In this document: one piece after another, positions 18,447 through 29,055 of the stretch | Layout: each line of letters opens with the position of its first letter | Position numbering within the stretch: position 1 is the stretch's first letter | Source: a virus | Lineage: Duplodnaviria > Caudoviricetes | Virus record (IMG/VR): IMGVR_UViG_3300031857_000001 | Strand: one strand, 5' to 3' | Length of the DNA: 64,000 nt | Program-made: the position numbers and the translations under genes | Notes under the pieces: model-generated | Databases searched by the model: none | What the model was told of the DNA's origin: nothing | Seen by the model: the letters and a program-made list of their open reading frames with translations, nothing else

Positions 18447-19210
18447 GAAACGTCACTTAATGAATTAATATCAATTCTATTATCTGACATTTTTTGAAAC
18501 ATAAGTTCCTCTGTGAGTGAGAGCTCATAGAAATACACACCACCGGTTTCGATATCCTCACTTGGGTCATCTATGACTTCTGGTTTTCTTAATAAAGAAA
18601 TTGATTTTTTAGATAACATTATTTCATTATTAACTTCATCCCATTCATCCAAAAGAAGAAATTTGTCCAATAGTGTTTTATCATAAGAGACAAAAAACCA
18701 TTGACTAACCTCTGATTTATCATAATCATCAACAGAACCCGAGCCGTCACAATAATCACAAGCAATGGTACCATCATCGTCACAATCATCACAACCTGTT
18801 CTTCCTTCACCATCGCACGCCCAACATGATTCGCCTTCTTCATTTTCTCCATCACCACCACACGACTCACAGTCTATTTTTCCGTTGCCATCACACGAAT
18901 CACACAAATTGTAACCATCACCATTACAATAGTCACAATCAACATCGGCATAATTCGAATCAACTTCAATTAACGTAAATCCAAATAAATTAGATTTGAT
19001 AAAATCATATTGTTTATCTAAAACCTCAGGAGTATTTACCATTGGTAGTAAGAACGATGCCATTATAATATCTTCTGGACTCATTCCGCTTGCAAATTCT
19101 TTGTATGGGAATTCAGTTACAAAATAAGTGTATACGTCAGTAGGTTTAATATTACTAAAGTTTGGTTTGTATATTTTCTTAATTAAGTTTAATAATTTTG
19201 GTTTTTCCAT
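18443..19210 (-). CDS. protein with DnaJ-type CxxCxGxG zinc-finger repeats
   Basis: Six CxxCxG(D)xG motifs, mostly 11 aa apart; no J-domain HPD motif; start moved to 19210. Confidence 0.75.
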   Translation of the reverse strand: MEKPKLLNLIKKIYKPNFSNIKPTDVYTYFVTEFPYKEFASGMSPEDIIMASFLLPMVNTPEVLDKQYDFIKSNLFGFTLIEVDSNYADVDCDYCNGDGYNLCDSCDGNGKIDCESCGGDGENEEGESCWACDGEGRTGCDDCDDDGTIACDYCDGSGSVDDYDKSEVSQWFFVSYDKTLLDKFLLLDEWDEVNNEIMLSKKSISLLRKPEVIDDPSEDIETGGVYFYELSLTEELMFQKMSDNRIDINSLSDVS

Positions 19211-19272
19211 ATTAATAAATACTTTAATGGTACAGTTAATGATATTTATATAATACTCTAAAACTAAATAAA

Positions 19273-19605
19273 ATGAAAACAATAATTACTTTAATTTTTT
19301 TAATTACGTCAGTAATGACATTTGGTCAAAAATTTGACTCAAGTTATAACTTAGTTATCGATTACAATGACGGTGAAAGGGCGGAAAAAGAATTTTCAGG
19401 TAGGTGGGTCGTAAAAGATTCTTTGCTATGCCAAATGTATGGTAAGGATACATTGGAATATAAAATTTCCAAAATACAGGGTAGAAATGTTTTCCATATA
19501 AACGGATTTGAGGAAACGGTAAAATTTACATTTAATGCTAATGGAGATGTGGTTAGAATTAATTTGGATAGACCAAAACAATATTTGATTTATCGTTATA
19601 GATAG
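19273..19605 (+). CDS. secreted hypothetical protein
   Basis: Signal peptide ..MTFG-Q. Confidence 0.6.
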   Translation: MKTIITLIFLITSVMTFGQKFDSSYNLVIDYNDGERAEKEFSGRWVVKDSLLCQMYGKDTLEYKISKIQGRNVFHINGFEETVKFTFNANGDVVRINLDRPKQYLIYRYR

Positions 19606-19616
19606 TATTTATTAGT

Positions 19617-19880
19617 ATGGAAAAGAAAGAATATTTAAAATTACTTAAAGATATTACTCAGTGTTCCTCACTTAGTGAATTAAAAGATGTCGTATCAAAA
19701 GTTAATAATTTTGTAAAAGAAAACAATTTAAAACCAAGTAGTGATGAATTTCAAAAAATGGAGAAATTCGTTAAAATAGTTTTATTAAAATTAAAAACTA
19801 AAGAAAGACAACAATCCGAAAGTAGAACTAATAGAACTATTATAATAACTGAAGAACAATATAAAAGACTTTTTACTTAG
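19617..19880 (+). CDS. hypothetical protein with C-terminal IIITEEQY motif
   Basis: TATTTAT upstream; leader-like motif at C terminus. Confidence 0.6.
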   Translation: MEKKEYLKLLKDITQCSSLSELKDVVSKVNNFVKENNLKPSSDEFQKMEKFVKIVLLKLKTKERQQSESRTNRTIIITEEQYKRLFT

Positions 19881-20064
19881 TTGTTTTAGGTTTTCTACCT
19901 CTTTTCTTCTTTTCGTAAACAGGTGTCGGAGTTGGTGTCTTTTGAACCAATTCGGTTAATTCAAATTCTTTCTCTTTTAATTCATAATTTTTCTTGAAAT
20001 TTTTCCACTGAAAAAAGAATCCAATTACAATCACTGAAATAAAGGATAGAATAAAATATATCAT
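19873..20064 (-). CDS. small membrane protein with basic KRGRKPK tail
   Basis: N-terminal TM helix. Confidence 0.55.
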   Translation of the reverse strand: MIYFILSFISVIVIGFFFQWKNFKKNYELKEKEFELTELVQKTPTPTPVYEKKKRGRKPKTTK

Positions 20065-20122
20065 AGTTTTTTATTATAAATATAACAAAAAACCCCTTTT
20101 CAGGGGTTAATTGTTAAAAATT

Positions 20123-20377
20123 TTAGACTAAATTATAGACCTGTCGATATTCCTTACCTAAGAGTTCTTTTGCTTTATTAATAGCATCATTCTTAAACTT
20201 CAAACCCTTTTGTACCAATTTTTTTGAATGATAAATATTAAATTCACTACCCGATACTTCAGGTTTATCATGCTTAGATGAACCATCTTTTTTAGGACGA
20301 TAAGAATCCTTCGCATAAATGTCATAGAATCCTACTTTGGTTACGTAACGACCTCTTGAATTTCCTTTTGTTGCCAT
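20123..20377 (-). CDS. small basic hypothetical protein
   Basis: TATATTTG upstream; terminator at 20087-20108. Confidence 0.6.
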   Translation of the reverse strand: MATKGNSRGRYVTKVGFYDIYAKDSYRPKKDGSSKHDKPEVSGSEFNIYHSKKLVQKGLKFKNDAINKAKELLGKEYRQVYNLV

Positions 20378-20506
20378 ATTTTAATAATTTTATTTTTGTT
20401 TTTACAAATATAGACAACATAATCTATTAAAAAAAGATGGATACATAAATTTTTTATAGTTTTAAATTTTGACATCACAAGTTTTTTCAATTAGATTTAT
20501 CGGACT

Positions 20507-21025
20507 ATGAAAATAATAAATAAATTCAAAAACATACACTTTCTTTGGATAGTTGGTATGATATGTTTTCTAACATTTTATGTACCTGTTAGATACTTTA
20601 CAACATACACCGCCTATATTCCTGAATGGACTCTACCAATCTTTATATTCTGTACTATGATACCACTTTGGGTTCACGAATTAATGTGGAGAGGCTCAAG
20701 GATTGGTACAGATAGTTATAACGCATTTCACGACATACATTTTTATGATAAAAAATGGAAAACACTGACTTGTAATCCTTTTTATTTTATTATCACATAT
20801 TACTTTTGGTTAAAAAGAAAACCACTTTTTTGGATAATGACTTTGTGTCTTATTATATCCTTAATTTTTGGATATTGGGTTGGGTACACAGAATATGATT
20901 TTCACCCCTTCACTCCATTCTATATTGTAAATTCAATTTGGTGGATTGGAATCATAAAGGACTTTGTTGTTTTTAGAAATGATGCAAGAGAGGGTTTAAT
21001 AAATTATGATATATACAATGATTAA
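20507..21025 (+). CDS. multi-pass membrane protein
   Basis: About four hydrophobic, aromatic-rich segments. Confidence 0.65.
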   Translation: MKIINKFKNIHFLWIVGMICFLTFYVPVRYFTTYTAYIPEWTLPIFIFCTMIPLWVHELMWRGSRIGTDSYNAFHDIHFYDKKWKTLTCNPFYFIITYYFWLKRKPLFWIMTLCLIISLIFGYWVGYTEYDFHPFTPFYIVNSIWWIGIIKDFVVFRNDAREGLINYDIYND

Positions 21026-21026
21026 T

Positions 21027-22835
21027 ATGAAAAAGATTTTATTACCATTTTTACTTTCTTTAATATTTCAGTTAAGTTCCCACTCTCAATGCTCGGGTGA
21101 TATAACTTATACGTTAGATACTCCGCCAAGTGCGGACCTAACATACCCACCAAATACAGTTGTTGAGTTATGTGTTACAATGACGAATTGGGATGGTAAC
21201 GACCAAGGGTCAAATTGGTTTGAAGGGTTCGGCTTAACTCTTGGAACTGGTTGGGTTGATGTTGTACCACTGACTCCACCTAATGATGCTGATGATGTAA
21301 CAGGGACTTGGATTTGGGTTAATACTGTAACATCCGATGCCACTGGTTTAGTTGCGGGTCCTGGTTATTTCTTTGAAGGCCCGACAGGTCCATTAGATGG
21401 TAATCCAGGTAACGATTGGGGTGATTATTGTATGAATGGAGATTGTGTATGGGAATTTTGTGTATCTATGACCGCATCAGGAATTAGTGCCGACCCATTG
21501 GATATTGAAGTCACACCTTATTCTGATGGAAGTATGGGAAGTTGGGGACAAGAAATGTGTTTTGACCCTCCTGTTTCTATTTTTGACGGAGAGGTTGGTT
21601 GTACGGTTTATGGATGTACTAATCCAATTGCTTGTAACTATAATCCTAATGCTGGCTGTGATGATGGTAGTTGTAACTTACCTGGTTGTACCGACCCGAT
21701 AGCTTGTAATTATGATTTAAATGCAGATTGTGATGATGGTAGTTGTACATACCCTGGTTGTACTGACCCACTCGCTTGTAATTTTGTACCGACTGCGGGA
21801 TGTGATGATGGAAGTTGTGGGTATTTTAGTATGACCGATATAACACACAACTTCATTCCTTGCCCCGACACAACTTGTACAGGTTCAGAGGTTACATACT
21901 CCGTTAATGGAAATGAAACTTCAATTTACGATTGGCATATCACAGGTGGAGGACTTGTAACTACGGACCAAACATCTAGTTGTGAAATAATTTGGGGAGA
22001 TGTTCCGGGTACTTACACTATCACTGTACAAGAAATCACCGCTCAAGGTTGTATTGGTGATATTAAAACTTGTGATGTTGAGGTTATTATTCCCGATATA
22101 ACATTTGACACAACTGAATATACAATCTGTTTAAATGGTAGTTTGGAATTAAATGCCTATCCTGCCGGTGGAGATTGGAGTTCGGAATATATGAATCTGA
22201 ATACCTTTATTGGAACAAGGACTGGAACTTATAACCCTCAGTATACCACAAATATTCACGGATGTGATATTACAGAATCAGTTAAAGTAAAAGTTAAATC
22301 AAAATACGACGCTCCACCAATCACCTTTGCCTCGGAATACATCGACCTATGTTTAGAATCAGGTGAGGCTTACTATCTAACACCTGACTCACTAAACTAC
22401 ACATACAGTTGGTTTATTGAAAATGCAAAACAACCCGAATCAAGTAATCAATTATTCACTCAATGGCCCGATACATCTCGTGTCTACCTAATCAAAGTAA
22501 TTGGTTATGACGAGATTGGTTGTGAGAGCGAACCGAGTTTAATGTCAATCAAAGTCGAGTCTTGTCAAAGATTCTTTGCACCAAATTCATTCACACCAAA
22601 TGGGGATGGGACAAATGATATATTTGAACTGCGTGGTATGTCAGTTTACCAACCAACACTTAAAATATTTGATAGATGGGGTAATGTGGTATATCAATCA
22701 AATAATTTGTGGTGGACAGGAGATTGTGGAACTGGTTACTATTGTAATACGGATGTTTATAATTGGTTAATTGAATACCGTGATAAGGACGGATTTAATA
22801 AAGAAGAAAGAGGTTTTGTAACACTTGTTAGGTAA
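21027..22835 (+). CDS. secreted multidomain protein with Cys-rich GCTxPxACN repeats and type B T9SS (gliding-motility-associated) CTD
   Basis: Signal ..SHS-Q; three 24-aa repeats at 21612-21818; C-terminal FAPNSFTPNGDG.ND...IFDRWG..VY...G.VTLVR. Confidence 0.85.
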   Translation: MKKILLPFLLSLIFQLSSHSQCSGDITYTLDTPPSADLTYPPNTVVELCVTMTNWDGNDQGSNWFEGFGLTLGTGWVDVVPLTPPNDADDVTGTWIWVNTVTSDATGLVAGPGYFFEGPTGPLDGNPGNDWGDYCMNGDCVWEFCVSMTASGISADPLDIEVTPYSDGSMGSWGQEMCFDPPVSIFDGEVGCTVYGCTNPIACNYNPNAGCDDGSCNLPGCTDPIACNYDLNADCDDGSCTYPGCTDPLACNFVPTAGCDDGSCGYFSMTDITHNFIPCPDTTCTGSEVTYSVNGNETSIYDWHITGGGLVTTDQTSSCEIIWGDVPGTYTITVQEITAQGCIGDIKTCDVEVIIPDITFDTTEYTICLNGSLELNAYPAGGDWSSEYMNLNTFIGTRTGTYNPQYTTNIHGCDITESVKVKVKSKYDAPPITFASEYIDLCLESGEAYYLTPDSLNYTYSWFIENAKQPESSNQLFTQWPDTSRVYLIKVIGYDEIGCESEPSLMSIKVESCQRFFAPNSFTPNGDGTNDIFELRGMSVYQPTLKIFDRWGNVVYQSNNLWWTGDCGTGYYCNTDVYNWLIEYRDKDGFNKEERGFVTLVR

Positions 22836-23092
22836 TGTACGGTAAAAAAGTTATGTTAAGATTATTTTGGACGATTATTGTTATAATTTCATTGTCAATT
22901 ATGACAATGATGCTTGGTTGTTCCGGAAGACAAAAACAAAAAGAAGTGGGCGTTTATAATGTGGATACTTTATCACACATCAATTACTCCATTTACATTA
23001 TTGATAGTTGTGAGTATATAATTTTTTATGGAGGTAGTTCGACTTGGGGAAGTCATAAAGGAAATTGTAATAATCCAAAACATGTTCATTAA
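22835..23092 (+). CDS. putative lipoprotein
   Basis: Hydrophobic core + MLGC. Confidence 0.55.
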   Translation: MYGKKVMLRLFWTIIVIISLSIMTMMLGCSGRQKQKEVGVYNVDTLSHINYSIYIIDSCEYIIFYGGSSTWGSHKGNCNNPKHVH

Positions 23093-23843
23093 AAATACAA
23101 CGCCATATGTTGGCAGGTTAAAATTTAAATTTGAAAAATACCCACACTACACAGGTGGTGGTAGTGGAGTTTTAAATAAAGTTCACCTTGATTTGGGATT
23201 CACCAAGTTGGTTAGCCGTATGATTCCTTATAAAAATAATGGGTCATGGGTTGTAAACAGTGAATGTACCAAACTTATAACCAAATATACCGGAGGTAAA
23301 ATTGGGGTTCATAAATTTGGTAATAATGGCGAAAACATTCTTGAGAATTCATTTATGTCAAATGATGGAACCTACATTGGGGATATTGAAAGCGCTTGGT
23401 GGTATTACAATAACAAATTTTATGTTTGTAAGGAATACCCTGGAGGAGTTGCCATTAAGTTAAAAACTTATAGTCCTATAATTAGACTTATGAATACTAT
23501 TGAGGATGGGTATGAAAATTTTATAACCGAACAAATTGAAAATGATAATATTGAAGGTTATTATGGGTATACTCATCGTGGTGGTGCTTTGTTTAAAATA
23601 GGAGATAGAATTTTTGATAACTACTATCTACCAACTGGAAGTGATTACACTGAAGAAGAATGGAATGAGTTTAATTCAAAATTCCAAAAATCTATAAAAA
23701 ATGCCGATGAGGTAGATATGAAATATATCTATAATGAAGGAATTGCATCAGTCATTCCATTTAATAAAAGAGGAAAAAAAGTTATTGAAAATTGGAAAGA
23801 GGCTCGAGAAGCAGCAATCGCTTTATCAAAATATTTGGGGTAA
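23082..23843 (+). CDS. hypothetical protein
   Basis: ORF track; start moved to ATG 23082. Confidence 0.65.
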   Translation: MFIKNTTPYVGRLKFKFEKYPHYTGGGSGVLNKVHLDLGFTKLVSRMIPYKNNGSWVVNSECTKLITKYTGGKIGVHKFGNNGENILENSFMSNDGTYIGDIESAWWYYNNKFYVCKEYPGGVAIKLKTYSPIIRLMNTIEDGYENFITEQIENDNIEGYYGYTHRGGALFKIGDRIFDNYYLPTGSDYTEEEWNEFNSKFQKSIKNADEVDMKYIYNEGIASVIPFNKRGKKVIENWKEAREAAIALSKYLG

Positions 23844-23869
23844 TTTAAAGTATTTCGTATATTTGTATT

Positions 23870-24931
23870 GTGAATGAAATATTAAACAAATATTACGACG
23901 AGCATTTGATGTATAAACAAATACATCCGAATCTTCCACTCACCATATGGAACTACTCAGAAAAAGTTCAGTATGACAATTTGTGGGATGACATCACCAT
24001 GCAAACTCGTGGACTTGTTACTGATAACAAAGGAAATATTGTTGCCCGACCATTTAAGAAATTCTTTAACGATTCAGAAAATAAACATACTCCCACTCCT
24101 GAATTTGATGTCTATGAAAAAATGGATGGGTCTCTTGGAATTCTGTTTTACTATGAAGGTGAATGGGTTCTTGCAACTCGCGGGTCATTTACTTCTGACC
24201 AAGCGGTAAAAGGATTTGAGATGTTACAAAAGTATGACTATCAAAAACTCCACAAAGATTATACTTATTTGTTTGAGATAATCTATGATGACAACCGCAT
24301 AGTTGTTAAGTATGATTATGAAGATTTGATATTACTTGGAATGATAAATACCAAAACTGGATATGAAGTTGATTTGTATGGCGAGGGTAATGATGTTAGA
24401 TTGAAGAACCTAATCACCAATCTTGGATTCAAAGTTGTAAAGAAGTATGATGGTATAAATGATTATTCTGTTTTGAAGGAAATGATAAAGGACGATGAGG
24501 AAGGTTTTGTTGTTCGTTTCTCTAATGGAGATAGAATGAAAGTTAAGGGTGAGGAATATTTAAGATTACATAAGATAATGACAAACGTATCTACAACTGC
24601 GGTGTGGGAGATGTTAAGTGAAGGTAGGGATGTTTTGGAGATAATCAAAGATGTCCCTGATGAGTTCTACAACAAAGTTAAAAGTTATGTTAGAGATTTA
24701 AAATATACTTATTTATCTTTGAGTGAATATGCTGGAAAAACTCACGATGGGTTCCGATATGGAAAGTTTGGTGATAAAGACCCCGAGCCAACCAAAAAAG
24801 AATTTGCCGAGTTTTTATCAATGAATAACTACAATCCGATTATAAAGGCATTATGCTTTGCAATGTGGGACAAAAAGGATTATGATAAAATAATATGGAA
24901 ACATATAAAACCTGAATTTAGAAAATTATGA
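23870..24931 (+). CDS. T4 Rnl1-like RNA ligase
   Basis: ARPFKKFFN, YEKMDGSLG (motif I), FEII, EEGFV, KVK nucleotidyltransferase motifs. Confidence 0.88.
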   Translation: MNEILNKYYDEHLMYKQIHPNLPLTIWNYSEKVQYDNLWDDITMQTRGLVTDNKGNIVARPFKKFFNDSENKHTPTPEFDVYEKMDGSLGILFYYEGEWVLATRGSFTSDQAVKGFEMLQKYDYQKLHKDYTYLFEIIYDDNRIVVKYDYEDLILLGMINTKTGYEVDLYGEGNDVRLKNLITNLGFKVVKKYDGINDYSVLKEMIKDDEEGFVVRFSNGDRMKVKGEEYLRLHKIMTNVSTTAVWEMLSEGRDVLEIIKDVPDEFYNKVKSYVRDLKYTYLSLSEYAGKTHDGFRYGKFGDKDPEPTKKEFAEFLSMNNYNPIIKALCFAMWDKKDYDKIIWKHIKPEFRKL

Positions 24932-25635
24932 AAGTATTGGTATTAGGAAAAGGGAAGTTGGGTGGTGAAATTGTTAAACAAACGGGATGGGATTATCTAT
25001 GTAGAGCCGAACATGAAATTACAATAGATAATTTTGATGAATGGAAAAATAGAATGGATGAATATGATGTGGTTGTAAATTGTATTGCAAACACTGACAC
25101 ATATTCTGACAATAAAGAAAAACATTGGAAAGCAAATTACGAACTTGTAACATTCCTTGCCGAGTATTGTGATGACAACAGGAAAAAACTGGTACACATT
25201 TCAACCGACTATTTGTATCAAAAATCAGTTGAAGATGCAAAGGAGGAGGACGAACCATTGTTTGACCATAGTTGGTATTTGATGACAAAATTACTTGCTG
25301 ATGAATATTTGAAAGAACACGCAAAAAATTATTTGATTTGTAGATTGTCCCACAAACCTCATCCATTTCCATATGAAAGTGCTTGGGTTGATATTGTAAC
25401 AAATGCCGATTACACACCAGTAATCGCGGGTCTTGTAATTGAGTTAATTAAGAATGGTGCTGAAGGTCTTTATAATGTTGGAACCGAGAGAAAAACAATC
25501 TATGAACTCGCTCAAAGGACAAACAAAAGTGTACTAAAAAGTATTGCTCCCCCACATATTCCAAAAAATGTTACGATGAATATTAGTAAGATGGAGAACT
25601 TTTTAAAACAGGTTACAGAACAAATACCTTCTTAG
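24928..25635 (+). CDS. RmlD-like dTDP-4-dehydrorhamnose reductase (NAD-dependent SDR)
   Basis: LGKGKLG Rossmann motif, VVNCIA.T, HISTDY, Y..TK. Confidence 0.75.
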   Translation: MKVLVLGKGKLGGEIVKQTGWDYLCRAEHEITIDNFDEWKNRMDEYDVVVNCIANTDTYSDNKEKHWKANYELVTFLAEYCDDNRKKLVHISTDYLYQKSVEDAKEEDEPLFDHSWYLMTKLLADEYLKEHAKNYLICRLSHKPHPFPYESAWVDIVTNADYTPVIAGLVIELIKNGAEGLYNVGTERKTIYELAQRTNKSVLKSIAPPHIPKNVTMNISKMENFLKQVTEQIPS

Positions 25636-26096
25636 TATTTTTTACAAATATTTTGAGTTCCGTATATTTGGGCACCTGTTTCTCTACAACTTATTCTATC
25701 ACTCAAATATTTAAAATTGTCATTATCCTCACCTGTATGTTTTTGGATTATATTTAAAGCGGTTTTTTGGAAATCAGGGTATTGGTCGGCGTGCTGAGAT
25801 AATAACCAGTAGTTATCCCAATCTTTTTTATTAAATGAATCAAAATCAAAATTTGTGTAAATAAATTTGTTCATTCTATCCTTATCAAGAAAAATGTCAT
25901 CAGGATTTCTATGTTTTAGTTTAATCCATTCCTTGGCACCTTTTTCATAATCACCCCTTAATTCATTATTTACAAAATCCATATATTCCTTTCTCTCAAC
26001 TTGGTCTTGTTGTACAAGTTGTGATAATAAATCTGAATTACTAACATCCATATTCATTATTTCCTTAATCCTTTGTATATTTTCTTGCAGGTTCAT
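25632..26096 (-). CDS. DUF6624-like protein with MNLQENI leader
   Basis: DQ..R...WLL.QHAD..PDFQ...YL.DRI....Q.YGTQ; start moved to 26096. Confidence 0.65.
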   Translation of the reverse strand: MNLQENIQRIKEIMNMDVSNSDLLSQLVQQDQVERKEYMDFVNNELRGDYEKGAKEWIKLKHRNPDDIFLDKDRMNKFIYTNFDFDSFNKKDWDNYWLLSQHADQYPDFQKTALNIIQKHTGEDNDNFKYLSDRISCRETGAQIYGTQNICKKY

Positions 26097-26097
26097 A

Positions 26098-26700
26098 TTA
26101 ATATCCACCTTCGTTATCCAATTTATCTTCAATTTCTTGATATACTCCCGGTAATAAATCTCTCATTACGGTTGAGTAAACTACCGGTAGATAATATTCG
26201 TAATACCATTCAAATAGTTCATCCACGGTATCAAAAGATGTTTTATGTTTAAGTTGTATATAGTAATCACCACTAGGTTCCTTTTCTGCAATTATATCAC
26301 CATCTTCATTAAGTAAAGTAAACCAATCAATATCAACAGGAGTCCACGGGTTTCCGTCCCAAAAAGGAGTTGCAACCACTGAAATTTGTTCGTACATACC
26401 TGGTAAAAAATGTTTTGAATCTCTACTCATTTCCCAATATACAATCCCATCTATACCACTTGAAATTTTAAAATTTTTATATTCCCTAGGTAATTTTTTA
26501 TTTTTAAGATTAACAATTAATAATTCGTGAGCGACTTCTGAATCTATTGGGTGACCTGAGATGTCTACTAATTTAGCTAAACTTACACCTATCATTTTTG
26601 CAGTATCCTTTAACCCAAACTGACTGATATAATTATCAATCGATTTTTTTAACCGACTTTCTTCTCTTAATACTTTTCTTATAGTTTCTTGTAGGTTCAT
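26098..26700 (-). CDS. hypothetical protein with MNLQETIRKVLREE leader
   Basis: ORF track. Confidence 0.7.
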   Translation of the reverse strand: MNLQETIRKVLREESRLKKSIDNYISQFGLKDTAKMIGVSLAKLVDISGHPIDSEVAHELLIVNLKNKKLPREYKNFKISSGIDGIVYWEMSRDSKHFLPGMYEQISVVATPFWDGNPWTPVDIDWFTLLNEDGDIIAEKEPSGDYYIQLKHKTSFDTVDELFEWYYEYYLPVVYSTVMRDLLPGVYQEIEDKLDNEGGY

Positions 26701-27143
26701 TTCTTTTTCTTTTTAACACAATTTGGATATCTTTTACCAAACATAGTTTTCATTCCTTTTTGAGTATAACCTGGCCAACACTTTTCAGTTAGTTCTGATT
26801 CAGTTGTTTCCATCTTTTGAGTGCAATTATCGTTGTAATAATTTGTTAATTCTTCTCCGTAGTTTTCTCTTATGTATTTAACCACAAAGTTAGAAATGTC
26901 TATCCATTCATCGGACCTGTCATCTATTTCATAAAAAGTATTATAATACAGATTTTCTAAAATCGCTTCAGTTACAACATCACCCAATTCTCTACCATTT
27001 TCATATCTACAAATTGAATTTGGTCTATAAACGGCGCTCATTAATCTTTTAAATTCCCTATCAATCTCGTGAGTTCTTCTTAATACTTTGCTAGGCGCCC
27101 TTTCTTCTTTTAATATTCTTTTAATGGTTTCTCTTAAACTCAT
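26697..27143 (-). CDS. hypothetical protein with MSLRETIKRILKEE leader and C-terminal KCWPGY..PNCVK motif
   Basis: Start moved to 27143 (TATTTAT upstream). Confidence 0.7.
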   Translation of the reverse strand: MSLRETIKRILKEERAPSKVLRRTHEIDREFKRLMSAVYRPNSICRYENGRELGDVVTEAILENLYYNTFYEIDDRSDEWIDISNFVVKYIRENYGEELTNYYNDNCTQKMETTESELTEKCWPGYTQKGMKTMFGKRYPNCVKKKKK

Positions 27144-27211
27144 GTTAATAAATACCTCCAAAAAATGATATTTTTGTTGTGTAATTGAAATAACCTGACT
27201 ATATTTGCACC

Positions 27212-27877
27212 ATGATAAAGATTGAGAAAAATAATGACGGAACATTTCCTGAGGTATGGATTTTCTCAGACCCCCACTATAATCACAAGAACATTTGCCG
27301 TGGAACAACGAGTTGGAGGACATTAGATGGTGAAATTCCATTGGAACAAACAAGGGATTTTACAACTCTTGAAAAAATGAATGAGGCAATCCTAAACGGG
27401 ATTAATGAAAATGTAGGTCAAGATGATATTTTGATTTGTCTTGGTGACTGGTCATTTGGTGGATTTGAATCAATCGAAGAATTTAGAAATAGAATTATTT
27501 GTAGGAATATTCACCTTGTTTTAGGTAATCACGACCACCACATTGAAAGAAACAGGGATGACATCCAAAGACTTTTTACAAGTGTTAGTCATTACGAAAC
27601 ACTGGTGATTGATAAGAAGACATTCCGTTTGTTTCACTACCCAATCCAAAGTTGGAATGGAATGAATGAAGGGGATATTCACCTTCACGGACACGTTCAC
27701 CTTCCATCAAACAGAAAGTTCGGACAAGGAAAAAAAATGGATGTTGGAATTGATGGACATCCCGAGTTTAGGCCTTATAATGTTATGAGGGAAATTGTAC
27801 CCATAATGGATAAACGAGATGTGAAGTCGGACATGTTAAATGACCACCACGTTGAGAGGCTTTTAAATTCAAGGTGA
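27212..27877 (+). CDS. calcineurin-like metallophosphoesterase
   Basis: SDPHY.H.NI, LGDW, GNHD, HYP, HGHVH. Confidence 0.85.
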   Translation: MIKIEKNNDGTFPEVWIFSDPHYNHKNICRGTTSWRTLDGEIPLEQTRDFTTLEKMNEAILNGINENVGQDDILICLGDWSFGGFESIEEFRNRIICRNIHLVLGNHDHHIERNRDDIQRLFTSVSHYETLVIDKKTFRLFHYPIQSWNGMNEGDIHLHGHVHLPSNRKFGQGKKMDVGIDGHPEFRPYNVMREIVPIMDKRDVKSDMLNDHHVERLLNSR

Positions 27878-27878
27878 T

Positions 27879-28091
27879 ATGAGTGAAGAACTTTATTGTG
27901 TGAAACTAAAACATAATCTATATAACATAGTTTATGGTGAAAAAATAACTGTACCACGAGGGGAAATTATATTGGACAAAATTCCTGAAAACAAATTGGA
28001 ATTCATTGGGTATCCCCTCGTGGTCAGAGACCATGGCAACGGAGTTAAAACATTGGCGGAAAAAAACGATTGTATATTAGAAAAGATATGA
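27879..28091 (+). CDS. hypothetical protein
   Basis: ORF track. Confidence 0.5.
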   Translation: MSEELYCVKLKHNLYNIVYGEKITVPRGEIILDKIPENKLEFIGYPLVVRDHGNGVKTLAEKNDCILEKI

Positions 28092-28501
28092 GGACATTGT
28101 ATATTTTAAGAGGATTACCTGGTAGTGGTAAATCAACACTCGCAAAGACATTGGTACATAGTGGTTCTATTTGTGAAGCCGACCAATTCTTTGTAAATAA
28201 AGAAACTGGTGAATATGAGTTTAATCCTGATGAAATTAAAATTGCTCATCAGTGGTGTAAGGATGAGGTTGAGAATAAAATGAAACGCAATCAAGAAAAT
28301 CCACAATACCATCCGACAATTGTTGTATCAAATACATTTACCCAAGAGTGGGAAATGGATTGGTATTTCAAACTAGCAGAGAAATATGACTACAAAGTTT
28401 TTTCTATGATTGTTGAAAATAGACACGGAGGAAAAAACATTCACGGAGTTCCTGATGAAAAAGTCGGGATTATGAAAAATAGATTTGAGATTTCCCTTTG
28501 A
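28088..28501 (+). CDS. P-loop polynucleotide-kinase-like protein (AAA_33/N4BP2 type)
   Basis: LRGLPGSGKST, EAD.FF, AHQWC, VSNTF...WE, HGVP. Confidence 0.8.
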   Translation: MRTLYILRGLPGSGKSTLAKTLVHSGSICEADQFFVNKETGEYEFNPDEIKIAHQWCKDEVENKMKRNQENPQYHPTIVVSNTFTQEWEMDWYFKLAEKYDYKVFSMIVENRHGGKNIHGVPDEKVGIMKNRFEISL

Positions 28502-28502
28502 T

Positions 28503-28778
28503 ATGAAAATACATTTATCGGAATCAGAAATACCGTCAAAGGTAACATTTATGGGTAAGAAACTATCCTTTTATTCTGGTGGAGTTTACCATAGAACAAA
28601 AATATCAAACCCACAAGTTATAACTGTTGTTGATGCTAATGGAGATATTATAATGTCAAGTTCACCTGAACTGACACCTGATAATGTTATTGGCGATAAT
28701 GATATTACATCAATAGTTGAGTTTCATAATAGGAACGGAAATTTACCTGAATTTTATTTTTTTAACGAGGATATTTGA
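28503..28778 (+). CDS. hypothetical protein
   Basis: Start moved to ATG 28503. Confidence 0.5.
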   Translation: MKIHLSESEIPSKVTFMGKKLSFYSGGVYHRTKISNPQVITVVDANGDIIMSSSPELTPDNVIGDNDITSIVEFHNRNGNLPEFYFFNEDI

Positions 28779-28809
28779 TTTATATTTGACCAATCAAAAC
28801 AAAAATTAT

Positions 28810-29055
28810 ATGACAAGGCTAGAACGAAAAAGTGGGTACAAAGAATCCGATACTGTTCCAACAAATAGTATTTTTGGATTAATGGATGGTGTAATGTTAA
28901 AAGTTTTTCGGATTAATGATGAAGAACTTAATAAGATTTGTGAATTGGCAACTGACGATGAGTTGGAGTTATTCACAAAGGAGGATAGAACAATTCGCGA
29001 ATCAAGACAACTATTAACATTTCTAAAAGAAAAAATTTACACAAATGAAGACTGA
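28810..29055 (+). CDS. hypothetical protein
   Basis: TATATTTG at 28781; start moved to 28810. Confidence 0.6.
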   Translation: MTRLERKSGYKESDTVPTNSIFGLMDGVMLKVFRINDEELNKICELATDDELELFTKEDRTIRESRQLLTFLKEKIYTNED

